NCBI GenBank assembly: GCA_002699515.1
Contig: PAAW01000025.1
Span: 29,000-92,999 of the forward strand
DNA length: 64,000 bases
Direction of reading: 5' to 3'
Source: Methanobacteriota archaeon
GTDB lineage: Archaea; Thermoplasmatota; Poseidoniia; Poseidoniales; Poseidoniaceae
The notes below the pieces were generated by a model. The model made no database searches, had not been told where the DNA came from, and worked only from the letters and a program-made list of their open reading frames with translations. Within the stretch, counting starts at the first letter, position 1, and each line of letters opens with the position of its first letter. Below are positions 29,150 through 38,351 of the stretch, one piece after another. Made by a program: the position numbers and the translations under genes.

Positions 29150-30343
29150 ATGGCAGATGATGTACAACCTCAACAAGAAGGAATGCGAACATTACATTTA
29201 AGATTATTAAGAATTCAATGGCAAGTTGTAACATTACAATTGATTAGTACTATTGCATTATTGTGGATGTATCTTAAGATGGTTGATTTGTATATTGTTG
29301 ATTCAATAGATCATGCTCTTGCAATAGAATTTTTCGACACTCAATTAAGAACTGCTAATTTAGAAATGCCTTTACCTGCTTGGTTAACTGGGGAGGATGC
29401 TATTGGATTAGGAAGATTCTATCCAATAATGGTTTTGAGTATTGTAATTGGTGGAGGAATTGCTGCATTAACATTTCAAAATCCAGTAATTCAACGTAGA
29501 GTTAGATTAGGATTACTTTTAGGGTTTGTGATTTGGTTATTTGGTCCATTTTTGATTAAATGGTTATTTTCTAACTTTGGAAAAGGTGAATGGTGGATTC
29601 CTCCAGATGATTCAGTAGAATCACTCTTCAAAGGAGTAATTGTAGTATTAGAGGTAATTTTAATTGGAATATATATTATTCCTTTAGTATTAGGAATTCG
29701 AGGAATTTGGGGACTTTCAAAGAATGCTATAGCTTGGTCAACTGGAATAATGTTATTATTTTTAATTTTACATGCATTATTAACATTCCAAATTGTGGAA
29801 GATTTACTATTTGGAGTTACAGGAGATGGATTAAAGAAAATACCTTCTTTAGCTGGTGAACCAACAATTTTAGGATTAATAAGTCCAAATCAATTTAGCC
29901 TTTTACAACTTTCATTGTTATTGATTATTTTCCAAGAATCTTCAATGGGAGTTATAAGATATCTTGAATATGCATTTAGATTACCAGAAACATGTAAAAA
30001 AGATCCTGAATATGTCACTCAATTTTATAATTTATTAAATGGTCATATGATTCAAACAATAGTTTTAATGAGCCTTTGCGGAATTACTACAATAATTGCA
30101 TTAGGATTCCATACTCTTCTATTATCTATTGTAGCAGCATTGCCAGGTGATGGCCAATGGGCATATCAGATTCAAGAATCTATTGAATTAGAATTGACAT
30201 ATGGCTTAGTTATCTCAGCAATGTTATTTTTGTTATTATTGGCTGGTTTAAGATATATTTTACCTTGGCAAAGAATAAGTGGAGTAATAGAATCATTATA
30301 CCAAAAAGGAGACGAGGTAGTTCCTCCTCAAGAAGAATATTAA
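29150..30343 (+). CDS. polytopic membrane protein, hypothetical
   Basis: At least 8 predicted TM helices. It lies 12 nt downstream of the DUF58 gene on the same strand. Confidence 0.45.
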   Translation: MADDVQPQQEGMRTLHLRLLRIQWQVVTLQLISTIALLWMYLKMVDLYIVDSIDHALAIEFFDTQLRTANLEMPLPAWLTGEDAIGLGRFYPIMVLSIVIGGGIAALTFQNPVIQRRVRLGLLLGFVIWLFGPFLIKWLFSNFGKGEWWIPPDDSVESLFKGVIVVLEVILIGIYIIPLVLGIRGIWGLSKNAIAWSTGIMLLFLILHALLTFQIVEDLLFGVTGDGLKKIPSLAGEPTILGLISPNQFSLLQLSLLLIIFQESSMGVIRYLEYAFRLPETCKKDPEYVTQFYNLLNGHMIQTIVLMSLCGITTIIALGFHTLLLSIVAALPGDGQWAYQIQESIELELTYGLVISAMLFLLLLAGLRYILPWQRISGVIESLYQKGDEVVPPQEEY

Positions 30344-30600
30344 TTGCTAAAATATTGAATAATTCTTCCTATTATTTCAGCAAGTGATAGTGCAAATAAT
30401 GGGGCTAAGCATACTCCAAAAAAAATATTAATTCCAACTGGTAATTCTATTCGATTTGAAATTAATATTATTAGTGAAATAGAAATTATTATTGAAAAAA
30501 TCAAACCAAAACGTTCTAGGTAAATTGGGTATTTTTTCCCTAATGTTTCAGTTCTTCCCATTAATGTGAGCTGATTTAGCTCTTTATTCATCTTAGTCAC
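30340..30600 (-). CDS. small membrane protein, hypothetical
   Basis: 86 aa with two hydrophobic helices. It overlaps the upstream gene's stop. Confidence 0.3.
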   Translation of the reverse strand: MTKMNKELNQLTLMGRTETLGKKYPIYLERFGLIFSIIISISLIILISNRIELPVGINIFFGVCLAPLFALSLAEIIGRIIQYFSN

Positions 30601-30601
30601 C

Positions 30602-33600
30602 TCAAATTTCGAAATTATCTAATTCATTATTTAAATCATCTAAAGAGTCATCATTATCATCAGTTTCTGGATTGATATTTCTCCTCTCCCATGCATGATC
30701 TAACTTTGCTAATTCTGCTTCAATAGTAACTCTATTGTTTTCTTCAAAAGATTCTTCTGGGCCCCCATCCTCCTGTTCTTTTGAATTAGAGATAGTTTCC
30801 ATTGATGTCCACCCATCTTCATTATTTACAGTGTCATTACTTACTTCAACGCTTTCTGCATTACTAGCATTATGTGGATTTAATTCCCGAATGATTTCAT
30901 CAGATACGGTTGGCCTTTCAGATTCTAATTTTACATCTTCGTGTGGTAAAAGTCCATCTTCTTGGAATCTCCATAGAGAAGTTGGCTTTTTTGAACTAAA
31001 GGTGAGCCCAGTATCGTCTAATTGCTTCATTGCATCATCTAATGCCTTTGCTGTGTTTTCCATGAGTACTGCAGTTCCAGCATCTCCTTCATCAGCTTCA
31101 AGATAAATTGAATCTAGTGCAGATTGTATTGTTTCACGTAAATTATTTGCAATATGTGGCAATGCTTCAGGCCTATTGCATAATGCTTCAAGACGGTATA
31201 ATGTATCTTTAGGAACTCCCAATTCTTCGAGTTGAGTAATCATTTGCCTCATTTTCCTTAGTAATGTTGTTGATCTTTCAAATTCATCAAGTAATCCTTC
31301 TAAATCTAAAACAACCAATTGAACAATTTCTTTTAATTTACTTTCAAGTCTTTGTCTTACTGACCAATTAGTTAACCCTCTAATTGTATTTGCAGTTTCA
31401 GGTGTTTGAGATTCTAATAAATCCATAACCTCGCTTGATAATAAGTATCTTGGAGTTTTAGCAACATTCTCTACATTATGTTGAATAATTGTTAATCCCC
31501 TTTCAACAGCCCTATCCATTAATGTCAAACTAAATCCTAAATCCCTCATTCTGTCTAATCGTTGCATTATTGGGGCAAGAGAAGAAAAACCATGATCTTG
31601 TCCTAATAGTGCTTGTGCTAATGGCTCATCACGTAATTTGGCTCTGATAACTCCTGCTTCATTTATATCTTCTAGAGCAGCATCATGAGCATCTTTCAAT
31701 GATTCTGCTGTTGAAATTAAATTATTTACTTCTGTTTCGGCTTCAGATCTTCTTGCACCTAGGTCTCCTAATTCCCTCATTATTCTACGGCGTTCCTCGC
31801 CTAATTCTCTAACTTCTGCATGTAAGTGTCCTAGACGTCTTTCAGAATCTAAGAAATATGCTCTTTCTTCTTCCATTAATTTCCTATGTGACTTTGCTTC
31901 TGCATCTAAATCTTCTAACTCTTTATTTTGACTTTCAATTCTCCTTTCTAGTTCATTTGAAATCGTTGTAGCCTGACGATGTCTTTCTCTTTGTGCTTCT
32001 AGTTGGTCTGCAACCATTCTATGTCTTCTATCGTCAGCATCAATTGAAGACCTCAATTGTCTTAATCTGATATCTCCTGCTTCGATTTCTGATTTTAATT
32101 GGATTTCTTGATCTGAAAGTTTACTAACCATCCTTTGTAATTCTTCTCTACTTCCTGACTCACCAACTGCTTGTGCAAGTTCCTCAATTCTTTTTTCTAC
32201 CTGATTTTCTAATTCCTTAATTCTTTGAGTCAGACTTTCATTTCGATTTAATGCTAATTCTTGACCATTTGTAGACTCTCTTAATTCAATTTTAAGTTGT
32301 GAAATTTCATCGACATTATTTGAATTTAATTTTTGCATTTCAGATATTCTTACACGCATTCCATCAACTTCAACTTTAGAAGCATTATAAGATGCTTTTA
32401 CATCATCCCTTTGTCTTTCCATTCGTCCAACTTCTTTAATTAAACGTGCTTGCTCTTGTTTGATTTTATCATATTCGCTTGAATCAACAACTGATGTTGG
32501 CATTAACATTTTTCCACTTTGTGCTTTTGGAAGTAATTTCGCGCCTTTTGATTTATCCTCTTTTAATGTCCAATTACCTAATCCCTCGGTAAGATCTTCA
32601 ATTCCAATAGCAAACCCAAAAATTTTCATTAATCTTTTATTAATTTGTTTTTCTCTATCTTTGGATCTAGTCCTAGCTTTTGCAATATTTGTACAAAACG
32701 AGTTCAAATTGAATTTGGGAGTATTATTAAGGTGATTTTTCAATCTACCTACCTTTGGTAAAGAAAATAGTGTTAACTTTGCTTTAGGTGCAGTTGAATT
32801 CAAAGCTACTTTAGATACAGATAATGGCTTTTCCGAACGCGCACCAACAGGAATGCCATTACAGAGGAGTATGTCTAGAGAATTATCTTCATTTTCAACT
32901 CTAATATATCCATTGATTAATTCGGCATTTCCCCGAGAAAACATAGAAATTAAATTATCTAATCCACCTTTTCTTTCAAGGGTGTTTAACCCCTCTTCAA
33001 GCATACTCCCATCATCATCAGCGATATTTGATGTCGGTTGCGCCTCTAATTTGGCCATTGAATCGATTAATATTGCATCATGATCTGCTCCATCAGATAC
33101 CCAGGCAACAACGTCTAGGTCATCTACTCTAATCATCATTAATGAGCCATCTTGCATATGCATAGTTACTCTGTTAAGTGATGGTAATTCTAATTTATTT
33201 ACGAATTTAGTAGTTCGATCTAATTCTGTTTTTATTGTTGCAGCAACATCTTCAACTTTTCCAGGCATTTCTCCTTTTGAGTGTATGACCATTCCTTGTT
33301 GTGAAGCCAGAGCACCGATTACTGATGCCCTATCGGTAAGTGTGTCAACAAATGAACTAGCTTGCAATGAGTCAAAACCATCAGAGAATGATCGTCTTGT
33401 TGAAATCCATGCTAAAGAATTCAAATCATAGAATGCTGCTGGAATTAAAATAGCTACTTCTGCAAATTCCTTTTGCGTCCACGTATGTCTTAAAGTTCTT
33501 AATTTATTTTTACTATTTAATTTTTTCAACTCTTCAATAGCATTTTTCGCCCCAACATAATTTTTCTTTTTACCTGATTGAACAATACATCCCACAACTT

Positions 33601-33748
33601 CTTTTCCCGCGATTAGACGATATCCACAGGGGGTTTTTGATTTAGGCAAAAAATAGCTAATGACGCCATAATCAATCTCGCTACTTTTCTTTTCTAAATC
33701 AGGCATTGTACCTTTCTTTTCATTATTTCCTATTGGTAAACTAAACAT
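30602..33748 (-). CDS. 1048-aa protein: N-terminal Roadblock/LC7-like domain(s), long central coiled coil, helical C-terminal domain and acidic tail
   Basis: aa ~130-240 (..VIGALASQQGMVIHSKGEMPGKVEDVAATI..RVTMHMQDGSLMMIRVDDLDVVAWVSDGADHDAIL..) follows the Roadblock/LC7 pattern. aa ~430-720 are heptad-rich and E/K/R/L/Q-dominated (coiled coil). The C-terminal ~100 aa are D/E/N-rich. No P-loop is present. Confidence 0.6.
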   Translation of the reverse strand: MFSLPIGNNEKKGTMPDLEKKSSEIDYGVISYFLPKSKTPCGYRLIAGKEVVGCIVQSGKKKNYVGAKNAIEELKKLNSKNKLRTLRHTWTQKEFAEVAILIPAAFYDLNSLAWISTRRSFSDGFDSLQASSFVDTLTDRASVIGALASQQGMVIHSKGEMPGKVEDVAATIKTELDRTTKFVNKLELPSLNRVTMHMQDGSLMMIRVDDLDVVAWVSDGADHDAILIDSMAKLEAQPTSNIADDDGSMLEEGLNTLERKGGLDNLISMFSRGNAELINGYIRVENEDNSLDILLCNGIPVGARSEKPLSVSKVALNSTAPKAKLTLFSLPKVGRLKNHLNNTPKFNLNSFCTNIAKARTRSKDREKQINKRLMKIFGFAIGIEDLTEGLGNWTLKEDKSKGAKLLPKAQSGKMLMPTSVVDSSEYDKIKQEQARLIKEVGRMERQRDDVKASYNASKVEVDGMRVRISEMQKLNSNNVDEISQLKIELRESTNGQELALNRNESLTQRIKELENQVEKRIEELAQAVGESGSREELQRMVSKLSDQEIQLKSEIEAGDIRLRQLRSSIDADDRRHRMVADQLEAQRERHRQATTISNELERRIESQNKELEDLDAEAKSHRKLMEEERAYFLDSERRLGHLHAEVRELGEERRRIMRELGDLGARRSEAETEVNNLISTAESLKDAHDAALEDINEAGVIRAKLRDEPLAQALLGQDHGFSSLAPIMQRLDRMRDLGFSLTLMDRAVERGLTIIQHNVENVAKTPRYLLSSEVMDLLESQTPETANTIRGLTNWSVRQRLESKLKEIVQLVVLDLEGLLDEFERSTTLLRKMRQMITQLEELGVPKDTLYRLEALCNRPEALPHIANNLRETIQSALDSIYLEADEGDAGTAVLMENTAKALDDAMKQLDDTGLTFSSKKPTSLWRFQEDGLLPHEDVKLESERPTVSDEIIRELNPHNASNAESVEVSNDTVNNEDGWTSMETISNSKEQEDGGPEESFEENNRVTIEAELAKLDHAWERRNINPETDDNDDSLDDLNNELDNFEI

Positions 33749-33757
33749 TTTTCACAC

Positions 33758-34102
33758 CTATATTAATTGAGCAATTGCTTCTTTTTTTGTATTCAATTCA
33801 TAACTTAAACGACCAAGATTTGGATTTTCAGAAGTTAATATTCCAATATATTTCCGATCAGGTAGTGCGCACAAAAGAATACTGCCATTTTCAGATTCAA
33901 TCCAGCATTGATTTGCATCACCCATATCAAATAATTTTGAACTCATGTCGAGTGTTTGCAACAGGCCGCCAAAGTCCATGAATGAAACGTCTTGTCTATT
34001 AGTACTATAAGTTTGCATCAATTCATTACCAATATTATCGATAATTGCTGCAAATTGAACTCCTGGGATTTGACAAAACGATGCCAATAAACGTTGTAAC
34101 AT
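33758..34102 (-). CDS. Roadblock/LC7 (MglB-like) family protein
   Basis: 114 aa. IPGVQFAAIIDNIGNEL ... ENGSILLCALPDRKYIGILTSENPNLGRLSYEL matches the Roadblock/LC7 consensus. Confidence 0.7.
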   Translation of the reverse strand: MLQRLLASFCQIPGVQFAAIIDNIGNELMQTYSTNRQDVSFMDFGGLLQTLDMSSKLFDMGDANQCWIESENGSILLCALPDRKYIGILTSENPNLGRLSYELNTKKEAIAQLI

Positions 34103-34169
34103 ACTGTCTCAAATCGAATTAGTATACACTCTAGTTCAAGATATTTGGGGATGAATGAGTTTTAATTTA

Positions 34170-34595
34170 CTAATTCTCGCTATTTACAACAGTTTCCGAT
34201 GGTTCAGGATGAATTGAATACAAAATTAAAACCAAAGCCGCAGAAACAGGAATCAAGGTAGCGAATAAGAATTTTAATTCAAATTCCATAAGGTTAGTTG
34301 TCCAACCATAAATTTCCAATAATATGGTCAATAAGAAACCAAATGCGAAGAATCTTCCGAAGATATGCAGGTTTTCCTTGACATAAACTGACACGAGCCA
34401 TTGTGCTAATCCAATAAAAATTGAAAAAACTGCTACATACTTACTCACAAATATACCATACTCGGTAAGTTCAGGACCAACAGCTATTGCATCTGTTGGC
34501 CATAAAAGAAAACCAGTACCGAGCATTATTGGCAGAAAGCCAGTTAATTTCAAGATTGTAGATAAGCCAATTCCTACTTCTTCATCTTCTTCCAT
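34170..34595 (-). CDS. small polytopic membrane protein, hypothetical
   Basis: 141 aa with 4 hydrophobic helices. Confidence 0.4.
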   Translation of the reverse strand: MEEDEEVGIGLSTILKLTGFLPIMLGTGFLLWPTDAIAVGPELTEYGIFVSKYVAVFSIFIGLAQWLVSVYVKENLHIFGRFFAFGFLLTILLEIYGWTTNLMEFELKFLFATLIPVSAALVLILYSIHPEPSETVVNSEN

Positions 34596-34698
34596 AGTTC
34601 TAGGCGTATTTTATGGATATCAAAAGTTTGTCGCCCTTCAAGGCGTAAAAATATGCCATTCTAAACAGAAAACAAATATCCAGTAAGCTGATTGAATA

Positions 34699-35217
34699 TC
34701 ACTTCAGAACCTTGCCAATATTGCGAGCAGCATTCTCAAGAGTAGTTTGTGAGAATTTTCGATCTGTCCCAATGACCATATTATCGATTGATATGTATCT
34801 TTTCTTGAAAATCAAGAGTGTTGAGTTGAAGCCAGTGGTAATTGCATCAGCCCGAATCACGTTGACCATGTCCGTTCCGCTCTCAAAAAGATAGAGTGAA
34901 TAGTTGCGAATGTCCATTATGACTCGCTGGTTGGTGACAATAAGTTTCACTTTTTGTTTGAAACCAAGAATACTCATGAATAGCATTGCTATGGAATTGA
35001 TGACACGGAGAATAGGGTTCGAGGTCGTGTATTCGAGGATACCGCTGAATTCGTCAGTAACAACCTCTCCTGCTTCCATCCATGGATATGCTCCACTTGA
35101 TGTGGCGTGTGTAGTGACCGACATAGGCGCTTGCTCTTGATGTTCTGGGGAGTCAATTGGCACCCATTCATTACCGTCCCACTTGTATTGTCCATCTTCA
35201 CTAATCTGCATGTTCAT
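34699..35217 (-). CDS. bacterial PH (bPH_2/YdbS-like) domain protein
   Basis: Hydrophobic hairpin followed by LIVTNQRVIMD, a bPH_2-like TNxRVI motif. The start was adjusted to the internal Met (MNMQ..). The gene has elevated GC. Confidence 0.4.
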   Translation of the reverse strand: MNMQISEDGQYKWDGNEWVPIDSPEHQEQAPMSVTTHATSSGAYPWMEAGEVVTDEFSGILEYTTSNPILRVINSIAMLFMSILGFKQKVKLIVTNQRVIMDIRNYSLYLFESGTDMVNVIRADAITTGFNSTLLIFKKRYISIDNMVIGTDRKFSQTTLENAARNIGKVLK

Positions 35218-35357
35218 AACCTGAACTAATTGAATTTGCCATATAACCTTATTTATGCACAATATAGTTTATTGTCAAGAATCTATTCAAAAATATTGCT
35301 GCCCGTTGAAACGTCTAAGAACACTCACAAATTAGATACCGCCTAACCCAAATACAA

Positions 35358-36221
35358 GTGTTTATTCGAGTGCTTACTGGAGAACTCGTTATGCGTCGTG
35401 TAAACCACATCATACCCTCCCACACCGTTCTTGAGGGTGGAGGGTTCAAAGTACGTAGGCCTGTTGCGATGGGGAAACTCATGAGCCCTTTTTTACTTCT
35501 TGATGAGATGGGCCCTGTAGATTATGGGCCAGGCGAAGCTGTTGGAGCCCCTTGGCATCCACATCGTGGTTTTGAAACTGTAACATACATGCTAGCAGGG
35601 CAGATGCAGCATCAAGATAGTGCTGGTAACAAAGGTGATCTAAATCCAGGTGATGTACAATGGATGACTGCAGGAAGAGGAATCATACATTCAGAGGAAC
35701 CACATACAGAGTTCCAAAAAAAAGGTGGCCTGATGCATGGTTTTCAAATTTGGATTAACCTACCCGCTAAACACAAAATGATGCAACCGCGTTACCAAGA
35801 AATCCCAGCGAAAATGTCTCCGACCACTGAAAAAGAGGGGGTTTGGGTTCGTGTAGTTGCTGGTGAATGCTTAGGGGTACAATCATCGATTGATACAATG
35901 GTTCCAATCGAGTACATCCATGCGAAAATGAATGAAAACTCAATACTTGAAAAGGAAATAGATAATTCATTGAATGCGATGATCTATGTCTTTGGAGGAG
36001 AAATCATCATCGAGAACAAGGTTATCAAAGATGGTGAATTGGCACTCTTATCAGATGGTGAGAAAATTGTTATTCAATCCAAGATGTCCTCTGATTTTTT
36101 AATATTAGCTGGACCAGAATTGAATGAACCAATAGCGCGACATGGGCCATTTGTGATGAATACTAGAGAAGAAATTCTACAGGCATTTTCCGATTATCAA
36201 AATGGTACATTTGTAAATTAA
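35358..36221 (+). CDS. pirin-family cupin protein
   Basis: Metal-binding motif PHPHRGFETVTYML and a bicupin architecture. The likely start is ATG 35391 (MRRVNH..). About 50% GC, against ~34% for the window. Confidence 0.8.
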   Translation: MFIRVLTGELVMRRVNHIIPSHTVLEGGGFKVRRPVAMGKLMSPFLLLDEMGPVDYGPGEAVGAPWHPHRGFETVTYMLAGQMQHQDSAGNKGDLNPGDVQWMTAGRGIIHSEEPHTEFQKKGGLMHGFQIWINLPAKHKMMQPRYQEIPAKMSPTTEKEGVWVRVVAGECLGVQSSIDTMVPIEYIHAKMNENSILEKEIDNSLNAMIYVFGGEIIIENKVIKDGELALLSDGEKIVIQSKMSSDFLILAGPELNEPIARHGPFVMNTREEILQAFSDYQNGTFVN

Positions 36222-36346
36222 CTTCAGGATATTCTGATTAATACTCTCAAAGAGGTGTCTAAGCACTGTGGTTGTTTGGATTCCGCCTTTTTGAGAGGTG
36301 TACAGAACGAGAATTTTCATTAAATAAAAACGATTACTCTAATTAG

Positions 36347-36559
36347 GTGAATTTTGAGGGACAGACAATGCCAACAGGTACAGTAAAATGGTTTAACCAA
36401 ACAAAAGGCTTCGGCTTTATCGAACAAGAAGGCGGAGAAGATCTCTTTGTCCACAAATCCCAGGTGACTGGTGAAATTCGCGATGGAGACTCTGTCGAGT
36501 TTGAAATCGGTGAAGGACCTAAAGGTCCAAACGCAATTAATGTTCGTAAATCCGAATAA
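36347..36559 (+). CDS. cspA: cold-shock protein (bacterial CspA family)
   Basis: [33 protein letters not shown], with the RNP1/RNP2 motifs KGFGFI and FVHKS. The larger antisense ORF 36343-36615 is spurious. Confidence 0.85.
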   Translation: MNFEGQTMPTGTVKWFNQTKGFGFIEQEGGEDLFVHKSQVTGEIRDGDSVEFEIGEGPKGPNAINVRKSE

Positions 36560-36639
36560 GCTAGACTCGAAATCTTCTTACGAAGGTTACAGAGGAAACT
36601 TTTCCAAACAATCAAATCTAAATTAGATTAGCGAATAGT

Positions 36640-37332
36640 ATGGACCCACGAAATGTAGTCAAATTAGCTTATGATTCGATAGGTTCTGAATTTGGAAAAA
36701 AACGTACAAATACATGGGACTTTGTAGTAGATTGGTTAAAGGGATTAATATTAAAACAACCAGCGAACAATTTGAAATTATTAATTGCGGGTTGCGGTAA
36801 TGGAAGACATGTAAAATTAGCAAATGATTTAGGTTTTGATGTATTTGCAATTGATATTTCCCCTAATATGGTAAGTGCTACTATTCAATCTGAGATTGAA
36901 AACGGAAGAGATGGTTCAAATATTTTGGTTTCAGATATTTGTGATTTGCCGTATCTTGATAATGAATTTGATGCGATATTGTCAATTGCAGTGTTACATC
37001 ATTTACCATTTGATTTATGCGAAAATGCATTTTGTGAATTTTCTAGAGTATTAAGTACAAATGGAGAGGTATTGATTTCATGTTGGGATCCTTCAGCACC
37101 TTCTGTAGTTAAAGGGGAAAGAGATGAAGAGCAAAAAAACGTTGTTTGGGTTTCTTGGACATTGCCAGATTCATCAATAGTATCGAGATATTATCATGTC
37201 CCAAAGATAGACGTTAGAATAAAGCATTGGAAAGAAATTCATGGCTTGGTTTGTAATCATTTTGAATTAAGAAATTCCAATCAATTGTTTTATTTTTCTA
37301 AGAGTAAACTTCCCGATGAATTGAAGCATTAG
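36640..37332 (+). CDS. class I SAM-dependent methyltransferase, Trm9/ALKBH8-like (tRNA wobble-U carboxymethyl methyltransferase candidate)
   Basis: SAM motif I LLIAGCGNGRH. VVKLAYDSIGSEFGKKR ... DICDLPYLDNEFDAILSIAVLHHL ... GEVLISCWD parallels Trm9 ([56 protein letters not shown]). Confidence 0.5.
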   Translation: MDPRNVVKLAYDSIGSEFGKKRTNTWDFVVDWLKGLILKQPANNLKLLIAGCGNGRHVKLANDLGFDVFAIDISPNMVSATIQSEIENGRDGSNILVSDICDLPYLDNEFDAILSIAVLHHLPFDLCENAFCEFSRVLSTNGEVLISCWDPSAPSVVKGERDEEQKNVVWVSWTLPDSSIVSRYYHVPKIDVRIKHWKEIHGLVCNHFELRNSNQLFYFSKSKLPDELKH

Positions 37333-37337
37333 ATTCT

Positions 37338-38351
37338 GTGCGAGTATTAATGGCGGCAGTTGAAGTTTCACAATGTTCTCGTTGTCGGAAACCAGCAATT
37401 CTATTTCAAGAATATTCGGGTCAGCATTATTGTTCAAGTTGTTTAATTCGTAGTGTTAGAAAAAGAATCGGAAAAGAATTACGCAAACAATTAATACTTC
37501 CAAAAAGTGATAAAAATCAATTAACAACAATTATGGTTGCTGTAAGTGGAGGAAAAGACTCTGCAGTACTTTTGGAAACTTTACATCATTTCTTAAAAAA
37601 TAGAAAAGATGTAAAATTAATTGCTGGTTGCGTTAATGAAGGAATAGAAGGATACAGAAAACCTTCAATGGAATGTGCAGAAAAATTAGCAAATTCTCTT
37701 GATATTGAATTCATAACTTTAAGCTATAAATCATTAGGATTTGACGATATGGATAATGTAGTCAAACTAATGCCTGGTATTAGTGAAAAACATGAAGAAG
37801 TTAAAGGTATGTCTCCTTGTTCATTTTGTGGTGTATTCAGGCGTCAGGGAATTAATAAATTAGCATCAGAAACTCAAGCAGATTATGTAGCTTTAGGGCA
37901 TAATTTAGATGACATGGCTCAAACAGTTTTAATGAACTTACAAAAAGGAGATTTAGATAGAACATTGAGATTAGCACCACATTCATGGTCGCCAATTAAA
38001 GGAATGGCTCCAAGGATTGTTCCAATAAGATGGATTCCAGAACAAGAGGTTCAAGCATATGCAATGTCAATGGGTTTACCCTTTCATGATGATGAATGCC
38101 CACATTCGCACCAAGCATTAAGAATATTACATAGAGATATTATTGCAAGGATGGAAGATGCAGTTCCTGGTACAAGACATGGTTTAGTTCATTCATCAGA
38201 TTCAGTTAAAGAAATGTATATGAAAAATAAATCATCAACTGACGAGGAGTTTACTAAAGTTGCTAATAATTGTGAATCCTGTGGACAAATCACAAGTCAA
38301 AAAATTTGTAAAGCATGTATAATGAAAACATGGTTGATTGAACAGTTATAA
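37338..38351 (+). CDS. ncsA: PP-loop ATPase of the TtcA/Ncs6(Ctu1)/NcsA family (tRNA wobble 2-thiouridine synthetase candidate)
   Basis: N-terminal CxxC..CxxC zinc finger (CSRCRK..CSSC). The PP-loop SGGKDS, a second CxxC (CSFCG) and a C-terminal CxxC (CESCGQ..CKAC) are typical of Ncs6/NcsA. Confidence 0.6.
   Translation: MRVLMAAVEVSQCSRCRKPAILFQEYSGQHYCSSCLIRSVRKRIGKELRKQLILPKSDKNQLTTIMVAVSGGKDSAVLLETLHHFLKNRKDVKLIAGCVNEGIEGYRKPSMECAEKLANSLDIEFITLSYKSLGFDDMDNVVKLMPGISEKHEEVKGMSPCSFCGVFRRQGINKLASETQADYVALGHNLDDMAQTVLMNLQKGDLDRTLRLAPHSWSPIKGMAPRIVPIRWIPEQEVQAYAMSMGLPFHDDECPHSHQALRILHRDIIARMEDAVPGTRHGLVHSSDSVKEMYMKNKSSTDEEFTKVANNCESCGQITSQKICKACIMKTWLIEQL

Noticed and set aside
30602-35262. Search for a small GTPase (MglA/Ras/Arf-like P-loop) partnering the Roadblock proteins
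   Set aside because: No GxxxxGK[ST] P-loop-containing ORF exists in or around the module. The GCIVQSGKKK stretch in the 1048-aa protein is not a Walker A. I report the module as GTPase-less in cis.
36222-36346. Short direct repeat (gagaggtgt) and imperfect inverted repeat downstream of the pirin gene as possible island boundary or att site
   Set aside because: The repeats are 7-9 nt and imperfect, with no flanking integrase or tRNA. Evidence is insufficient.
36343-36615. 90-aa minus-strand ORF overlapping the cspA gene
   Set aside because: The + strand frame encodes a near-canonical CspA with RNP motifs. The antisense ORF is a shadow frame.
36615-36629. Inverted repeat aatcta-aat-tagatt 11 nt upstream of the Trm9-like gene start
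   Set aside because: A 6-bp arm palindrome in ~25% GC DNA is expected by chance several times per 64 kb. There is no second copy or other support for an operator.
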